64,000 nt of DNA, from assembly GCA_964016885.1 (NCBI GenBank), contig OZ024761.1, positions 19,282,001 through 19,346,000 on the forward strand. Reading direction: 5' to 3'. The notes beneath the pieces were generated by a model that made no database searches, was not told the DNA's origin, and saw nothing but the letters and a program-made list of their open reading frames with translations. The translations under genes were made by a program, and so were the position numbers. This DNA is from Eledone cirrhosa. Its lineage: Eukaryota. Below, one piece after another: positions 1-13,090 of the stretch (position 1 is the first letter of the stretch; each line of letters starts with the position of its first letter).

Positions 1-274
1 TAATTACATAAATATGAAAAAGAAAGATAAAAACGAAATTACTGTATTTCTCGGCATTGAAGACACTACTTTTTTTCTAAAATAAGTCTCAAAAATCTAC
101 CATGCGTCCTGGAGGCCAAAGGTTGTTTATTTTTTTTTCATATTTTTGTTGTCAAAATTAGGGTGTGTCTTCGGCGCTAGGAAATATGGTAAGGAAAGGG
201 TAAAGAAGGGCAGATCTAGCTGTATGGGAAAGTAGAGCAATACCTCACACCACCACACAAATCAACCAACCTAC

Positions 275-433
275 CATGTGATTGTAATGTTTTGTCTTGT
301 CTTCTAAGTCTTTGTGTTTTTGCGGATATTTTTCTTTGTCCACGAATTTATCGAAATGATCTTTCGACTCTGTCAGCATCTCTTTGAGTGTCTCATGTTT
401 AGTGATTCGTTGCTGGAATGCTTGCAATTCCTC
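275..433 (-). CDS. LRPAP1: LRPAP1 exon 6; final exon lies outside the window
   Basis: tctctag|GAG; EELQAFQQRITKHETLKEML...LEDKTKHYNHM (cf. EELKHFEAKIEKH); ATG|GTAGGT; 159 nt, phase 0-0. Confidence 0.88.
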
Positions 434-854
434 CTAGAGAATAGACAAGATATAAAAAATTATGAAGGATCACGGCTGCATAAAAAGGTGCAGAGAGCTC
501 AAAGTCGATGGAAGCCTTGGACTGGGGAGATCCAGGAAGACTTTGGTTGAAGTGATAAAAGCCAACCTCTCCCAATTGCACGTCTCAAATATTTAATGTG
601 ATGCAGTCATAGTTCTATTTTGTATTTTTCAAGAATGTCTTGAATGGTTTCATTTCATGTGGCATCGCATATATATGTGTGTGTGTGCATATATATATCA
701 GCAGCAGTACATTACATCCACTTTCTGTGCTGAGAATTAATATCTCAGTAATGAAATAATTAGTAATTTTAGTAAATCCCTTAAAATTTTTACTTAAATA
801 TTTGAAATAGAGCATTTTTCATAAGAAATACGGTAACAAAAGGGTAAAGCAAAC

Positions 855-1093
855 CTCAAAATTCTCCAGTTCCTGCTCGGACATTGCAGTCTTTTTAGCC
901 ATGGCGTATAATTGGTACACTCGAATATCAGTGAATTCTTCATGCAGTTTAGCTTCATTCACCTGCTGGCTCAAGCCATCAAGTTTTTTGTTAAGTTTCC
1001 GATGCATCTCTTTCGTTTCTTTATTTTTGGCCTTAAATTGTTTGTGTGCGATCCTCAGCTCCTCATCACTGCCCAAATTGTTGTGTGTCATCT
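855..1093 (-). CDS. LRPAP1: LRPAP1 exon 5
   Basis: ttgtag|AG; ...EEFTDIRVYQLYAMAKKTAMSEQELENFE (cf. EFEEPRVIDLWDLAQSANLTDKELEAFR); GAG|GTTTGC. Confidence 0.88.
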
Positions 1094-1559
1094 CTACAAC
1101 AACAACAACAATAATAATAAAGAAAGGAATGTAGACAGTTTTCTAGATCAGACCAAAGAAACAATGTCTCCATTGTTCTTTCCATTGCTAATATTATCTG
1201 CCAGTCACAACTCTCGGAAGAAGGAGGTGATTATCACATCGGATCAAGGGTTATTAGGTATTATATACAAGTTAAAATATACATTATACTCATCATCATC
1301 ATTTAATGTCTATCTTCCATGCTAGCATGGATTAAACAGGAATTGTCCCACTTGAGGCAAGATTGATCGGGTGACAGTGTCTCGTTCCTCAAGGTATTAT
1401 GAATATTATATACAAGTTAAACTACATTATATAATTCTTACATACCCATAACTCCTGTTGGAGTAGGGAAGGAGGGCGAATGACATGATGTTTCTTGGGT
1501 CTCCTGCTGGTTGATTTTGCCTATAAAATCTGTTCACTGATTCTTTCCCACATGCCAAT

Positions 1560-1902
1560 GGAGGCACATGGCTTAGTGGTTAGAGCATTGGGCTTGCAAT
1601 CGAAAGGTTGTGAGTTCAATTCTCAGACCGGGTGATGTGTTGTGTCCTTGAACAAGACACTTTATTTCACATTGCTCCAGTTTACTCAGCTGTAGAAATG
1701 AGATGATAGGGACTGGGGTCCCTATCATTCCACTGCAAAGTGGTCGTGGAGGTGCCACGGCAAAAAAGCACCCAGCACTCACTGTAAATGAGGTTGGTGT
1801 TAGGAAGGGCATCCAGCTGTAGAAATCAAGCCAGAATCAGTTCCCGTTCCACCCTTGCAAGCAGGGAAAAGCGGACGTAAAATGATGATGATGATGATGA
1901 TG
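1560..1902 (+). mobile_element. tRNA-derived SINE, family A (CORE-like body, (GAT)n tail)
   Basis: A box tggcttagtggtt, B box gagttcaattc, gtccttgaacaagacactt body, GAT tail; near-identical copies elsewhere in window. Confidence 0.88.
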
Positions 1903-2017
1903 CCAATAGTATCGGAGCTGTGATCTATCAATTTGGAGAAGCAGCGGCTGTACCTGGAGTGACTCTCTGATCTCTGAGCTACACACTCTTGTAGCGCAAT
2001 CGTATTCTTACTGATCT

Positions 2018-2099
<82 letters not shown>

Positions 2100-2291
2100 C
2101 AGAGTTTTGTAGCTTCCTTAATAGGAAACCCAATTTAAATTTTGAAGACCAAAACAATACATTTTGAAGATTGTTAAATTGCCAAGATAACAAAAGAATC
2201 TTACTAATTATCAAGGGAGTAACCCTATAAGAAACTTAAAATCGATTGGATAGACTTGTTTGTATGGGAGCAGATTTAAGTGAAAAAAAAA

Positions 2292-2339
<48 letters not shown>

Positions 2340-2535
2340 TGTGAAGGCGTGTGGCTGAGTGGTTAGAGAATTGGATTCACAATCTTGAGGTTGTGAGTTC
2401 GATTCCTGGACCGGGCGATGCGTTATGTCCTTGAGCAAGACACTTTATTTCACGTTGTTCCTTCTACCTGGAGTTGCGACCGATAGATAGTACTAGCAAC
2501 TGGAAAGACCAACGGAAACATTGTTTCCTCGGTCC
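2340..2535 (+). mobile_element. SINE with family-A-like tRNA head and a different 3' part
   Basis: ggcgtgtggctgagtggttag...gagttcgattcc...gtccttgagcaagacactt; related heads at 11950-12172(-), 51105-51208(-), 56995-57105(+). Confidence 0.7.
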
Positions 2536-2844
2536 GATTTGACGAAAGTCGATCGATCCTTTCTATATATATATATATAGTAATAATAATAAATTTGAAG
2601 ACTAAAATCCAAAGAGGGCTCGATAAGGATAAATATATATCAAATATATAAGAACCGTAGAGCCAGCGAACGTTTCCACGAACCAAAGTATCGTCTTCCT
2701 GTCTTCCTCCGGTTGCAACGTTGTTTGAAATATCCACTTCTGCGTTTACAGATTGACTTTGTTAGTTTCAGAAGATCCCGTTAAGGGTGAAAGCAGCGAT
2801 TCTTTGCTTAAACTTTAATCTGTTATTTTAATAAATATATATAT

Positions 2845-3186
2845 GGAGGCACGTGGCTTAGTGGTTAGAGCATTGGCCTTGCAATCGAAAGGTTGTGAGT
2901 TCAATTCTCAGACCAGGTGATGTGTTGTTTCCTTGAGCAAGACACTTTATTTCACATTGCTCCAGTTTACTCAGCTGTAGAAATGAGATGATAGGGACTG
3001 GGGTCCCTATCATTCCACTGCAAAGTGGTCGTGGAGGTGCCACGGCAAAAAAGCACCCAGCACTCTCTGTAAATGAGGTTGGTGTTAAGAAGGGCATCCA
3101 GCTGTAGAAATCAAGCCAGAATCAGTTCCCGTCCCACCCTTGCAAGCAGGGAAAAAGCAGACGTAAAATGATGATGATGATGATGA
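2845..3186 (+). mobile_element. SINE family A
   Basis: Near-identical to 1560-1902. Confidence 0.88.
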
Positions 3187-3477
3187 TATATAGATATATA
3201 TACATATACATATACATATGTGTAAAGTCAACAAGAAATATATAGCATGGGAGAACAAGCTGTGTGTTTCGTTTATCCCTACATGTCTTGATTCGAGGAA
3301 GTAGCAACTCTACCTGAAGTGACTCCCTGATCTCTGAGCTATGCACTCTATCGAGTAACACTACTCAAAGAACCCTTCAGAGGAACCCCCATTTCAGCCA
3401 CTTGTATTCGTTATCATATTCTTTCAATCATGACCCCAGATTCATTAATTAATCAAATCAATAAATTAGTCACTTAC

Positions 3478-3573
3478 TTTCCATTTCAGCAAGCTCATCC
3501 CTCATTTTTTCATATCTATCCTGTTTCTCTTGGTGTTTTAGAAATTCATCCTGAAGTTTACCAAGCTCATCAT
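3478..3573 (-). CDS. LRPAP1: LRPAP1 exon 4
   Basis: ttacag|AT; DDELGKLQDEFLKHQEKQDRYEKMRDELAEME (cf. EELDKLWREFLHHKEKVHEY); A|GTAAGT; 96 nt, phase 1-1. Confidence 0.9.
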
Positions 3574-4203
3574 CTGTAACAATCAACATTATTATTTGTT
3601 ATTTTTTTGTTACATCCTCTGTTTTTGTTTTTTTACACGCAGAAATGCCCATTTGTACCGTCCTGTACTGTCCTTAATGTCTACTTTATGTAAACCCTTG
3701 TGGTTAATAAAGAAAGCATTATTATTATTATTAGTAGTAGTAGTAGTAGTAGTAGATTGGCAGTATTGTTTGAGAGTCAGATATGATTTGCAGCATGTAG
3801 TTACGTCCCTTTAGCATTTAAACCAGCCATATCCGGCCAGAATTATCTCACCTCTTTCTGTTGAAACCGGCCACTCATACTGACGTTAAGGTATTGTTCT
3901 CAAAATGAATAATATCGAAATCCCATAGATTGACTATTATGAGAGATAAAGTGTTTACCGTGAAAATACAATAGTTAATATAGAGTAATGTAAATGCTAA
4001 AGGGTTAAATCCTGCTGGGGTTAACTTTGCCTTTCATCATTTCAGGGGGAGAGGGTCGGGATCGATAAAACAAAGTACCTGTCAAGGGGAAGAAATTTCA
4101 GCCGCAAAGAATGTTGTTTGACGCTCTACTGATTACTGTCAATCCACCGCCCTTCTCTGCCTTAATAATAACAACAACAACAGCAGCAACAATGATAATT
4201 AAT

Positions 4204-4607
4204 TTCTAGTTTTGGCACAAGGCCAGCAATTATCCCAGTGTATTACTGGTACTTTATTTTATCGACCCCGTAAGGATGAAAGGCAAAGTTAACCTCGGCG
4301 GAATTTGAACTCAGACCATAAAGGGCCGTAACTCTATGCTGCAAAGCATGGTGTCCGACACTCTACCGATTCTGCCAATCCACCGCCCCCAATAATAATA
4401 ATAATCATAACAATGATAATAATTGCTTCTACTTTAGGCACAAGGCCAGCAATTACCCAGTGCATTACTGGTACTTTATTTTATCGACCCCGTAAGGATG
4501 AAAAGCAAAGTCAACCTCGGCGGGATTTGAACTCAGATCGTAAAGGGACGTAACTATGCTGGAAAGCATGGCGTCCGACCCTCTACCGATACTGCCAATC
4601 CACCGCT
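4204..4607 (-). mobile_element. Two tandem copies of tRNA-derived SINE family B
   Basis: Units 4204-4388 and 4425-4607: ggcggtggattggcag...gagttcaaat...gcctttcatccttacggggtcgataaaataaagtaccag...gccttgtgcc. Confidence 0.85.
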
Positions 4608-4648
4608 TTATAACAATGATAATAATAAACATAAATCTGTTGACTCAC

Positions 4649-4794
4649 CAGTAAAACCTGAATAATGGGCCTGTTTCCAGAGTTTCTTTAGATTCTTACT
4701 CTTCAATTCTGTAGCAGTTTTACCTCGATGTGGGTCTGGATGTTGTGTTTGTTCATGTCGGAGTAGTCACCCAGGTCGTATTTCCTGGCGATAG
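4649..4794 (-). CDS. LRPAP1: LRPAP1 exon 3 (apparent internal frameshift)
   Basis: tttcag|CT acceptor gives AIARKYDL (cf. ILAKYGL); the 3' part in another frame gives NLKKLWKQAHYSGFT (cf. LEKLWHKAKTSGKFS); G|GTGAGT donor; 146 nt although both flanking introns are phase 1. Confidence 0.8.
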
Positions 4795-4805
4795 CTGAAA
4801 CGATA

Positions 4806-6221
4806 AACCACAGTGATGTATCTATTTTGAATGTGAAGAAGGTGTGTGGTATACATAATTAGTGTTGGTTGAAGTAATAAACCAGTGATATCCTTATGTT
4901 GGATGTGAAGAAGGTGTGTGGTGTACATAATTAGTGTTGGTTGAGGCAATAAACCAGTGATATCCCTATGTTGGATGTGAAGAAGGTGTGTGGTATACAT
5001 AATTAGTGTTGGTTGAGGCAATAAACCAGTGATATCCCTATGTTGGATGTGAAGAAGGTGTGTGGTGTACATAATTAGTGTTGGTTGAAGCAATAAACCA
5101 GTGATATCCTTATGTTGGATGTGAAGAAGGTGTGTGGTGTACATAATTAGTGTTGGTTGAAGCAATAAACCAGTGATATCCCTATGTTGGATGTGAAGAA
5201 GGTGTGTGGTATACATAATTAGTGTTGGTTGAGGCAATAAACCAGTGATATCCCTATGTTGGATGTGAAGAAGGTGTGTGGTGTACATAATTAGTGTTGG
5301 TTGAGGCAATAAACCAGTGATATCCCTATGTTGGATGTGAAGAAGGTGTGTGGTGTACATAATTAGTGTTGGTTGAAGCAATAAACCAGTTGATATCCTT
5401 ATGTTGGATGTGAAGAAGGTGTGTGGTGTACATAATTAGTGTTGGTTGAAGCAATAAACCAGTGATATCCCTATGTTGGATGTGAAGAAGGTGTGTGGTA
5501 TACATAATTAGTGTTGGTTGAGGCAATAAACCAGTGATATCCCTATGTTGGATGTGAAGAAGGTGTGTGGTGTACATAATTAGTGTTGGTTGAGGCAATA
5601 AACCAGTGATATCCCTATGTTGGATGTGAAGAAGGTGTGTGGTGTACATAATTAGTGTTGGTTGAAGCAATAAACCAGTGATATCCCTATGTTGGATGTG
5701 AAGAAGGTGTGTGGTGTACATAATTAGTGTTGGTTGAGGCAATAAACCAGTGATATCCTTATGTTGGATGTGAAGAAGGTGTGTGGTATACATAATTAGT
5801 GTTGGTTGAGGCAATAAACCAGTGATATCCTTATGTTGGATGTGAAGAAGATGTGTGGTATACATAATTAGTGTTGGTTGAAGCAATAAACCAGTGATAT
5901 CCCTATGTTGGATGTGAAGAAGGTGTGTGGTATACATAATTAGTGTTGGTTGAGGCAATAAACCAGTGATATCCCTATGTTGGATGTGAAGAAGGTGTGT
6001 GGTGTACATAATTAGTGTTGGTTGAAGCAATAAACCAGTGATATCCCTATGTTGGATGTGAAGGTGTGTGGTATGTACATAATTGATGATAGCTGAAAAA
6101 TAAACCACAGTGGTGCCCCTATGTCAGATATGTGAAGGTGTGTAGTGTACATAATTGGTGATATCTGAAACAATAAACCAGTGATGTTCCTATGTTGCGT
6201 ATGAGAGTGTGTGGTGTACAT
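4806..6221. repeat. 81-bp minisatellite (~15 homogeneous plus ~2 diverged units) in LRPAP1 intron 2
   Basis: Unit aataaaccagtgatatccctatgttggatgtgaagaaggtgtgtggtgtacataattagtgttggttgaggc; 27-aa periodic ORFs; one more diverged unit at ~6700-6778. Confidence 0.95.
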
Positions 6222-6696
6222 CAGGCATGCCAAACAGGTGGCCCGCAGGCCACATGCAGCCCTTTACAAGCACACCTGCGGCCCGCACTAAGTTTTTATC
6301 ATGTTTTATCTTTGTAATATGGAATTTAAAAAATCAGTTGTAATGTGCACAATTAGTTGTGTGGGGCTCTCAGACAACACATGTGACCCATGTGACCCTC
6401 AGACAACACATATGGGACCTATGTGACCCTCAGTCAACACATATGTGACCCATGTGGCTCTCAGACAACACATGTGACCCTCAGACAACACATGTGTGAC
6501 CCTCGGACAACACATGTGACCTATGTGACCCTCAGACAACACATATGTGACCCATGTGGCTCTCAGACAACACATATGTGACCCTCAGACAACACATGTG
6601 TGACCCTCGGACAACACATGTGACCTATGTGACCCTCAGACAACACATATGTGACCGATGTGGCCCTCGGGGGGGACTCTCAGTTTAACATGCCTG
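6222..6696. mobile_element. hAT-type MITE with internal minisatellite
   Basis: TIRs caggcatgccaaac / gtttaacatgcctg; perfect 8-bp TSD gtgtacat (6214-6221, 6697-6704); internal cagacaacacatgtgaccc repeats. Confidence 0.88.
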
Positions 6697-6826
6697 GTGT
6701 ACATAACTAGTAATAGGTGAAAATAAACCACAATGAAGTCTCTATGTTGGCTGTTGAGGTGTGTAGTGTACATAATTTGCTCCCCGCAAAAGGACCCCGC
6801 CTCTCCTTTCACTAACGTCTACTTAC

Positions 6827-6968
6827 CCATCAGTTGTAAGTTCACATTGGCTTCTTTCTCCATAGCTTTGTGCTTGTTCTTGGATTTTAACCACTTCAGG
6901 TCATACTCGAGCTTGTCTTGGACTTTCAGCTCAGCATAGCATTCAGCCAACGCCTGTCCAGTTAGACG
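6827..6968 (-). CDS. LRPAP1: LRPAP1 exon 2
   Basis: ctctccacatag|CGT acceptor; RLTGQALAECYAELKVQDKLEYDLKWLKSKNKHKAMEKEANVNLQLM resembles RAP LAELHADLKIQERDELAWKKLK...EKEA; G|GTAAGT donor, phase 1. Confidence 0.9.
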
Positions 6969-6985
6969 CTATGTGGAGAGAGAAA

Positions 6986-7625
6986 TATCATCATCATCGT
7001 CATCACCATTACATATATCATATAAACACACATCATCATCATCATCAACATCAACATAATCACCATTACCACAATCACCACTATTATCACGATCATCATC
7101 ATCATCATCATCACACCAGTTATCATCAACATAACCAACCCCAATGTCACCACATTGGCCACTACTATCATCATCATCATCATCATCACAATTATATATA
7201 TCATATAAACATACACCATCAACAACGTAATCATCACCATTATCATCATCATCATCAACATAATCATCACCATTATCATCATCAACGTAATCATCACCAT
7301 TATCATCATCATCATCAACATAATCATCACCATTATCATCATCAACGTAATCATCACCATTATCATCATCAACGTAATCATCACCATTATCATCAGCATC
7401 ATCAACGTAATCATCACCATTATCATCATCAACGTAATCATCACCATTATCATCATCATCAATGTAATCATCATCAACGTAATCATCACCATTATCATCA
7501 TCATCAACAACGTAATCATCATCACCACCACAATTACATATATCATCAACATAATCATTATCATCATAATTATTACCATCATCATCATCACCACTATTAT
7601 CACCACCACCACCACTAACATTACC
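6986..7625. repeat. (CAT)n-derived compound repeat
   Basis: catcatcaacgtaatcatcaccattat higher-order units. Confidence 0.9.
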
Positions 7626-7934
7626 ACAATTATACATATCATATAAAAACATCATATGCTCGCTTTTCCATGCTAGCATGGGTTTGGATGTGTCTTTTAC
7701 AATACATCATCTCTCCACACGTCACAATCCTTTGTCATCTTTTCTGTGAGCTTCAGTGATTTGAGATCAGCTCTCAACACTTCCACGCAGGTCTTCCTTG
7801 GTCCCCCTGTAATACAGTTTCTTCCCCTTGACAGGACACCAGTACACCACAGGGTTAACCCCCAGCTACACATACACAGGCATATATATAAAAAAAATAA
7901 AAATAAACGATGATGATCATGATGATATATATAT

Positions 7935-8247
7935 CATCATCATCATCATTTCATTTTACGTCCGCTTTTCCCTGCTTGCAAGGGTGGGACGGGAACAGAC
8001 TCTGGCTTGATTTCTACAGCTGGATGCCCTTCCTAACACCAACTTCATTTACAGTGAGTGCTGGGTGCTTTTTTGCCGTGGCACCGCCACGACCACTTTG
8101 CAGTGGAATGATAGGGACCCCAGTCCTTATCATCTCATTTCTACAGCTGAGTAAACTGGAGCAATGTGAAATAAAGTGTCTTGCTCAAGGAAACAACACA
8201 TCACCCGGTCTGAGAATTGAACTCACAACCTTTCGAGCCATGTGCCT

Positions 8248-8249
<2 letters not shown>
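7935..8249 (-). mobile_element. SINE family A (small deletion in head)
   Basis: Reverse complement of 2845-3186. Confidence 0.88.
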
Positions 8250-9962
<1,713 letters not shown>

Positions 9963-10225
9963 ACACAGTATGTGAAGGTCACCAAGTTTATTTCAACAAT
10001 CTCCAGCCACTACTCAGTCACTTACTCAAAGAGATAAGCTTGCAAGTGAGAAAGTGCAAGCTATCATTCACAGTGTACACAATAGTTAATTAGTGAGATG
10101 ACCGTTCCATACTTAATGACCTGATATATATATATATATATATGCAAAAGTTCTATTTAAAATTGTTGGGATACAACAAGTAAATATTTTTATAACTGAT
10201 ATAAAGCACTCGACAAGTATTTGGA

Positions 10226-11512
10226 TTTATCCCCAACTCCAGCTGCTGTGATCAACTTATAGAGTTTCTTGAGGACATCACCCAGATCACTGATGGCGGC
10301 TCATGGGTGGATGTTGTTTACCTTGACTTTGCGAAGGCCTTCAATTCTGTGCCACACAAAAGGCTTATGGCAAAACTCTCTGCAATGGGTGTGAAGGATG
10401 ATCTTTTTAACTGGTTGAAGTCCTTCATTCTCAGTCGAAGAGAGGTAGTCACGGTTCTGGGACAGCATTCCTCACCATATGAGATGTCATCTGGTGTACC
10501 TCAGGGATCTGTTCTTGGCCCCCTTTTGTTTGTGGCATATATTAATGACATAGATGCCAACTTAAGGAATGCCACAGTACTAAAGTACGCAGACGGCATC
10601 AAGCTGTACCTTGAGATAAAAAGGACAGATCCTGAACACTATAGATCTTGCTTGCAGTCTGACCTGGACACAATGCAACAGTGGATCTCAGACTGGTAAC
10701 TCAAGCTAGCTGTAGACAAGTGCACCACCATGCATTTTGGGAGTAAAAACCCAGCGTCCACATACTCCCTCCACAGCACTAATATCAAGAAGTCTTCCTG
10801 TGAACGTGACCTGGGCATTACGGTCAGCAGCGATTTGCGTTGGACGAGGCACGTCTCTAAAATTGTCAAGAGGGCCGAGGGTGTCTTAGCATCACTCAGC
10901 AAGACCTTTGTCAGCCGCTCTCCAGATATCTATTTAAGGCTGTATACAGCTATGGTGCGACCACACTTAGAATTTGCATCACCAGTCTGGAACCCCTATC
11001 TTGCTCAGGACATTGACCGCCTGGAAACTGTTCAGAGACGTGCAACCAAGCGAATACCCTCCATCAGGCATCTACCATACTCTGAGCGCCTTGCTTCCCT
11101 GGGCATGGATTCATTGAAGCTCCGACGCCTGGCAACTGACTTGGTAAACACCCACAAAATTGTTAACCATGTTGCCAACAACAACCCTGAGTACCTTTTC
11201 GATTTCCATGTGTCTCACACACGTGGACATGCCCACAAAGTAAGAAAACAGCACAGTTCCCATGACTTTCGGAAACATTTTTTCACGCTCAGAGTTGCTG
11301 AAGCATGGAACAAACTGCCTGCATCAGTTGTTAGCTGTCGAGACACTGCATCCTTTAAGGCCTCCATGCTTCCCGAGATCCGCCAACAGAACAGCTAACA
11401 CATACACACATGTACTTCCCTGACATTTGTGTATTATTCTATGTACTATATTGACAAGTTGTAGTGCACCTGAGCACTTTACACAATAATTTCATTATTA
11501 TTATTATTATTA
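10226..11512 (+). mobile_element. 5'-truncated non-LTR retrotransposon (CR1/L2/Crack group), RT 3' half, inactive
   Basis: VDVVYLDFAKAFNSVPH, SGVPQGSVLGPLLF, YADG (YADD mutated), in-frame TAA at 10697-10699, ERDLG, RPHLEFASPVWNP, HFFTLRVAEAWNKLP, (TTA)n tail. Confidence 0.92.
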
Positions 11513-11513
11513 T

Positions 11514-11797
11514 ATACGATATTAATAAATGGAAACTATATTTATAAAACCATATTTATTTCATTATACATATTTCAGGGATACCAAATTAAATTATGGT
11601 ATGCCTTCATCAGACAAAATACAATATATAACAGTTTTACAAATAAGCTTTGACGTACCCTTTTAAAATGCAACCATTATTTTTGGAAGCATTTGATGAA
11701 GGCATACCATAATTTAATTTGGTATCCCTGAAATATGTATAATGAAATAAATATGGTTTTATAAATATAGTTTCCATTTACATTTATTAATATCGTA
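11514..11797. mobile_element. Inverted-repeat element with hammerhead motif (H2)
   Basis: ~100-bp arms 11514-11612 / 11694-11797; minus strand CTGATGA AGGcATACCA...TGGTATcCCT GAAATATGTATA; homologous to 38036-38406. Confidence 0.75.
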
Positions 11798-11823
11798 TAT
11801 ATATATATATATATACATATATA

Positions 11824-11925
11824 CAGGGAGCCCCCCCCCCCATAATGTATACACTTTGATTATCTGTACAGGCAATATTTATTAGAATGCTGTTGAAGTG
11901 TGTACACGTTTTTGGGACACCCTGT
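11824..11925. mobile_element. Short Tc1/mariner-type MITE
   Basis: TA|caggg...ccctg|TA; copies at ~46594-46706, 37100-37190, 14200-14280. Confidence 0.7.
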
Positions 11926-12191
11926 ATATATATATATATATATATAAGGTCCCAATCGGTCACTAATGACCATGATTTTGCACTTGGACAGTTTCCCTCT
12001 CCACGCCACCGATGTTGTCCAAGGAAAGGGTATGGCCGATACAGCTTGGCACCAGTGACGTCACAACTCATTTCTACAGCTGAGTAAACTGGAGCTACAT
12101 GGAATAAAGTGTCTTGCTCAAGGACACAACGCATCACCTGGTCCGAGAATCGAACTCACAACCTCTCAATTGCCATGTTGCCATAAGAATT

Positions 12192-12377
12192 GTTTCTACA
12201 TTTGGCACAAGGCCAGCAATTACCCCAGTGCATTACTCGTGCTTTATTTCAACGACCCCGTAAGGATGAAAGGCAAAGCGAACCTCGGCGGGATTTGAAC
12301 TCAGAACATAAAGGGCCATAACTGTATGCCGCTAAGCAGGTTATCAGATGCTCTGCCGATTCTGCCAATCCACCGCC
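12192..12377 (-). mobile_element. SINE family B
   Basis: Match to 4204-4388. Confidence 0.82.
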
Positions 12378-12519
12378 ATAATAATACAACATTGATATAT
12401 ACAAACAGGTCGAACCCCAGTTTAGTACTGGGGGTCAATTCTTCCTTTATTTGTCAACCTTGAGATGATACGAGGCAAAGTTGACCTCGACTGGATTTGC
12501 ACTCAGTAAGCCGGACAGA

Positions 12520-12750
12520 CTTATGACTGACAAGTGGCTCAGCGACCGTATCTATATCAATGAGCTGCTCAACATTACCAAACTTAGACCAATTACATCA
12601 ATTGTCAAGTCAAGAGTACTCAAACTATACGGTCATATAAAAAGATCAACTCGTGATGTGGGTAGCTTATGCCTGGAAGGAAGGTTGGCTGGTAGGAGAA
12701 GCAGAAGCCGGCAGCCAAAACGATGGCCTGATAATGTCAGCCGCCTATGG
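12520..12750 (+). mobile_element. RTE-type LINE 3' fragment
   Basis: SIVKSRVLKLYGHIKR...LEGRLAGRRSRSRQPKRWPDNV. Confidence 0.7.
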
Positions 12751-13058
12751 ACTGATATCTTTGAAATGTGCAGAAGCCGGAGAGTGTTGGAACGAATACC
12801 ACAAAACATTCTATCCCACGCTCTAACGACTCTTGTAAAAGAATATAAGAATCATTAAAAACATGAGATGTTGCGGAAAAAAAAAACTAAAAATAAATTA
12901 AATAAGTCCTCCGCTAAAACAAATAAGTGCCAGTTAGTACCAGTCAGTGATGTATTACTACGCATGTCACTGACCTCACTAAATCCATTTGCAAACTTCA
13001 TCATATAACAATGGTATATGTGTGTGTGTATATGTATGTGTTTGTGAGTGTGTGTGCG

Positions 13059-13090
<32 letters not shown>

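Noticed and set aside
1560-1632. tRNA gene (and similar heads elsewhere)
   Set aside because: A/B boxes run directly into SINE body and tail; no proper acceptor stem
1573-1812. Recurrent [13 protein letters not shown]...
   Set aside because: Antisense translation of SINE family A
4709-4723. 15-nt GT...AG micro-intron as a fix for the exon 3 frameshift
   Set aside because: Too short to splice and, being a multiple of three, does not restore frame
4767-6108. 27-aa repeat protein ORFs
   Set aside because: Product of the 81-bp intronic minisatellite; frame broken near 5390
6962-7679. His-rich, Asp-rich and Met/Ile-rich ORFs
   Set aside because: Frames of a (CAT)n repeat at the 3' end of LRPAP1 intron 1; no independent coding evidence
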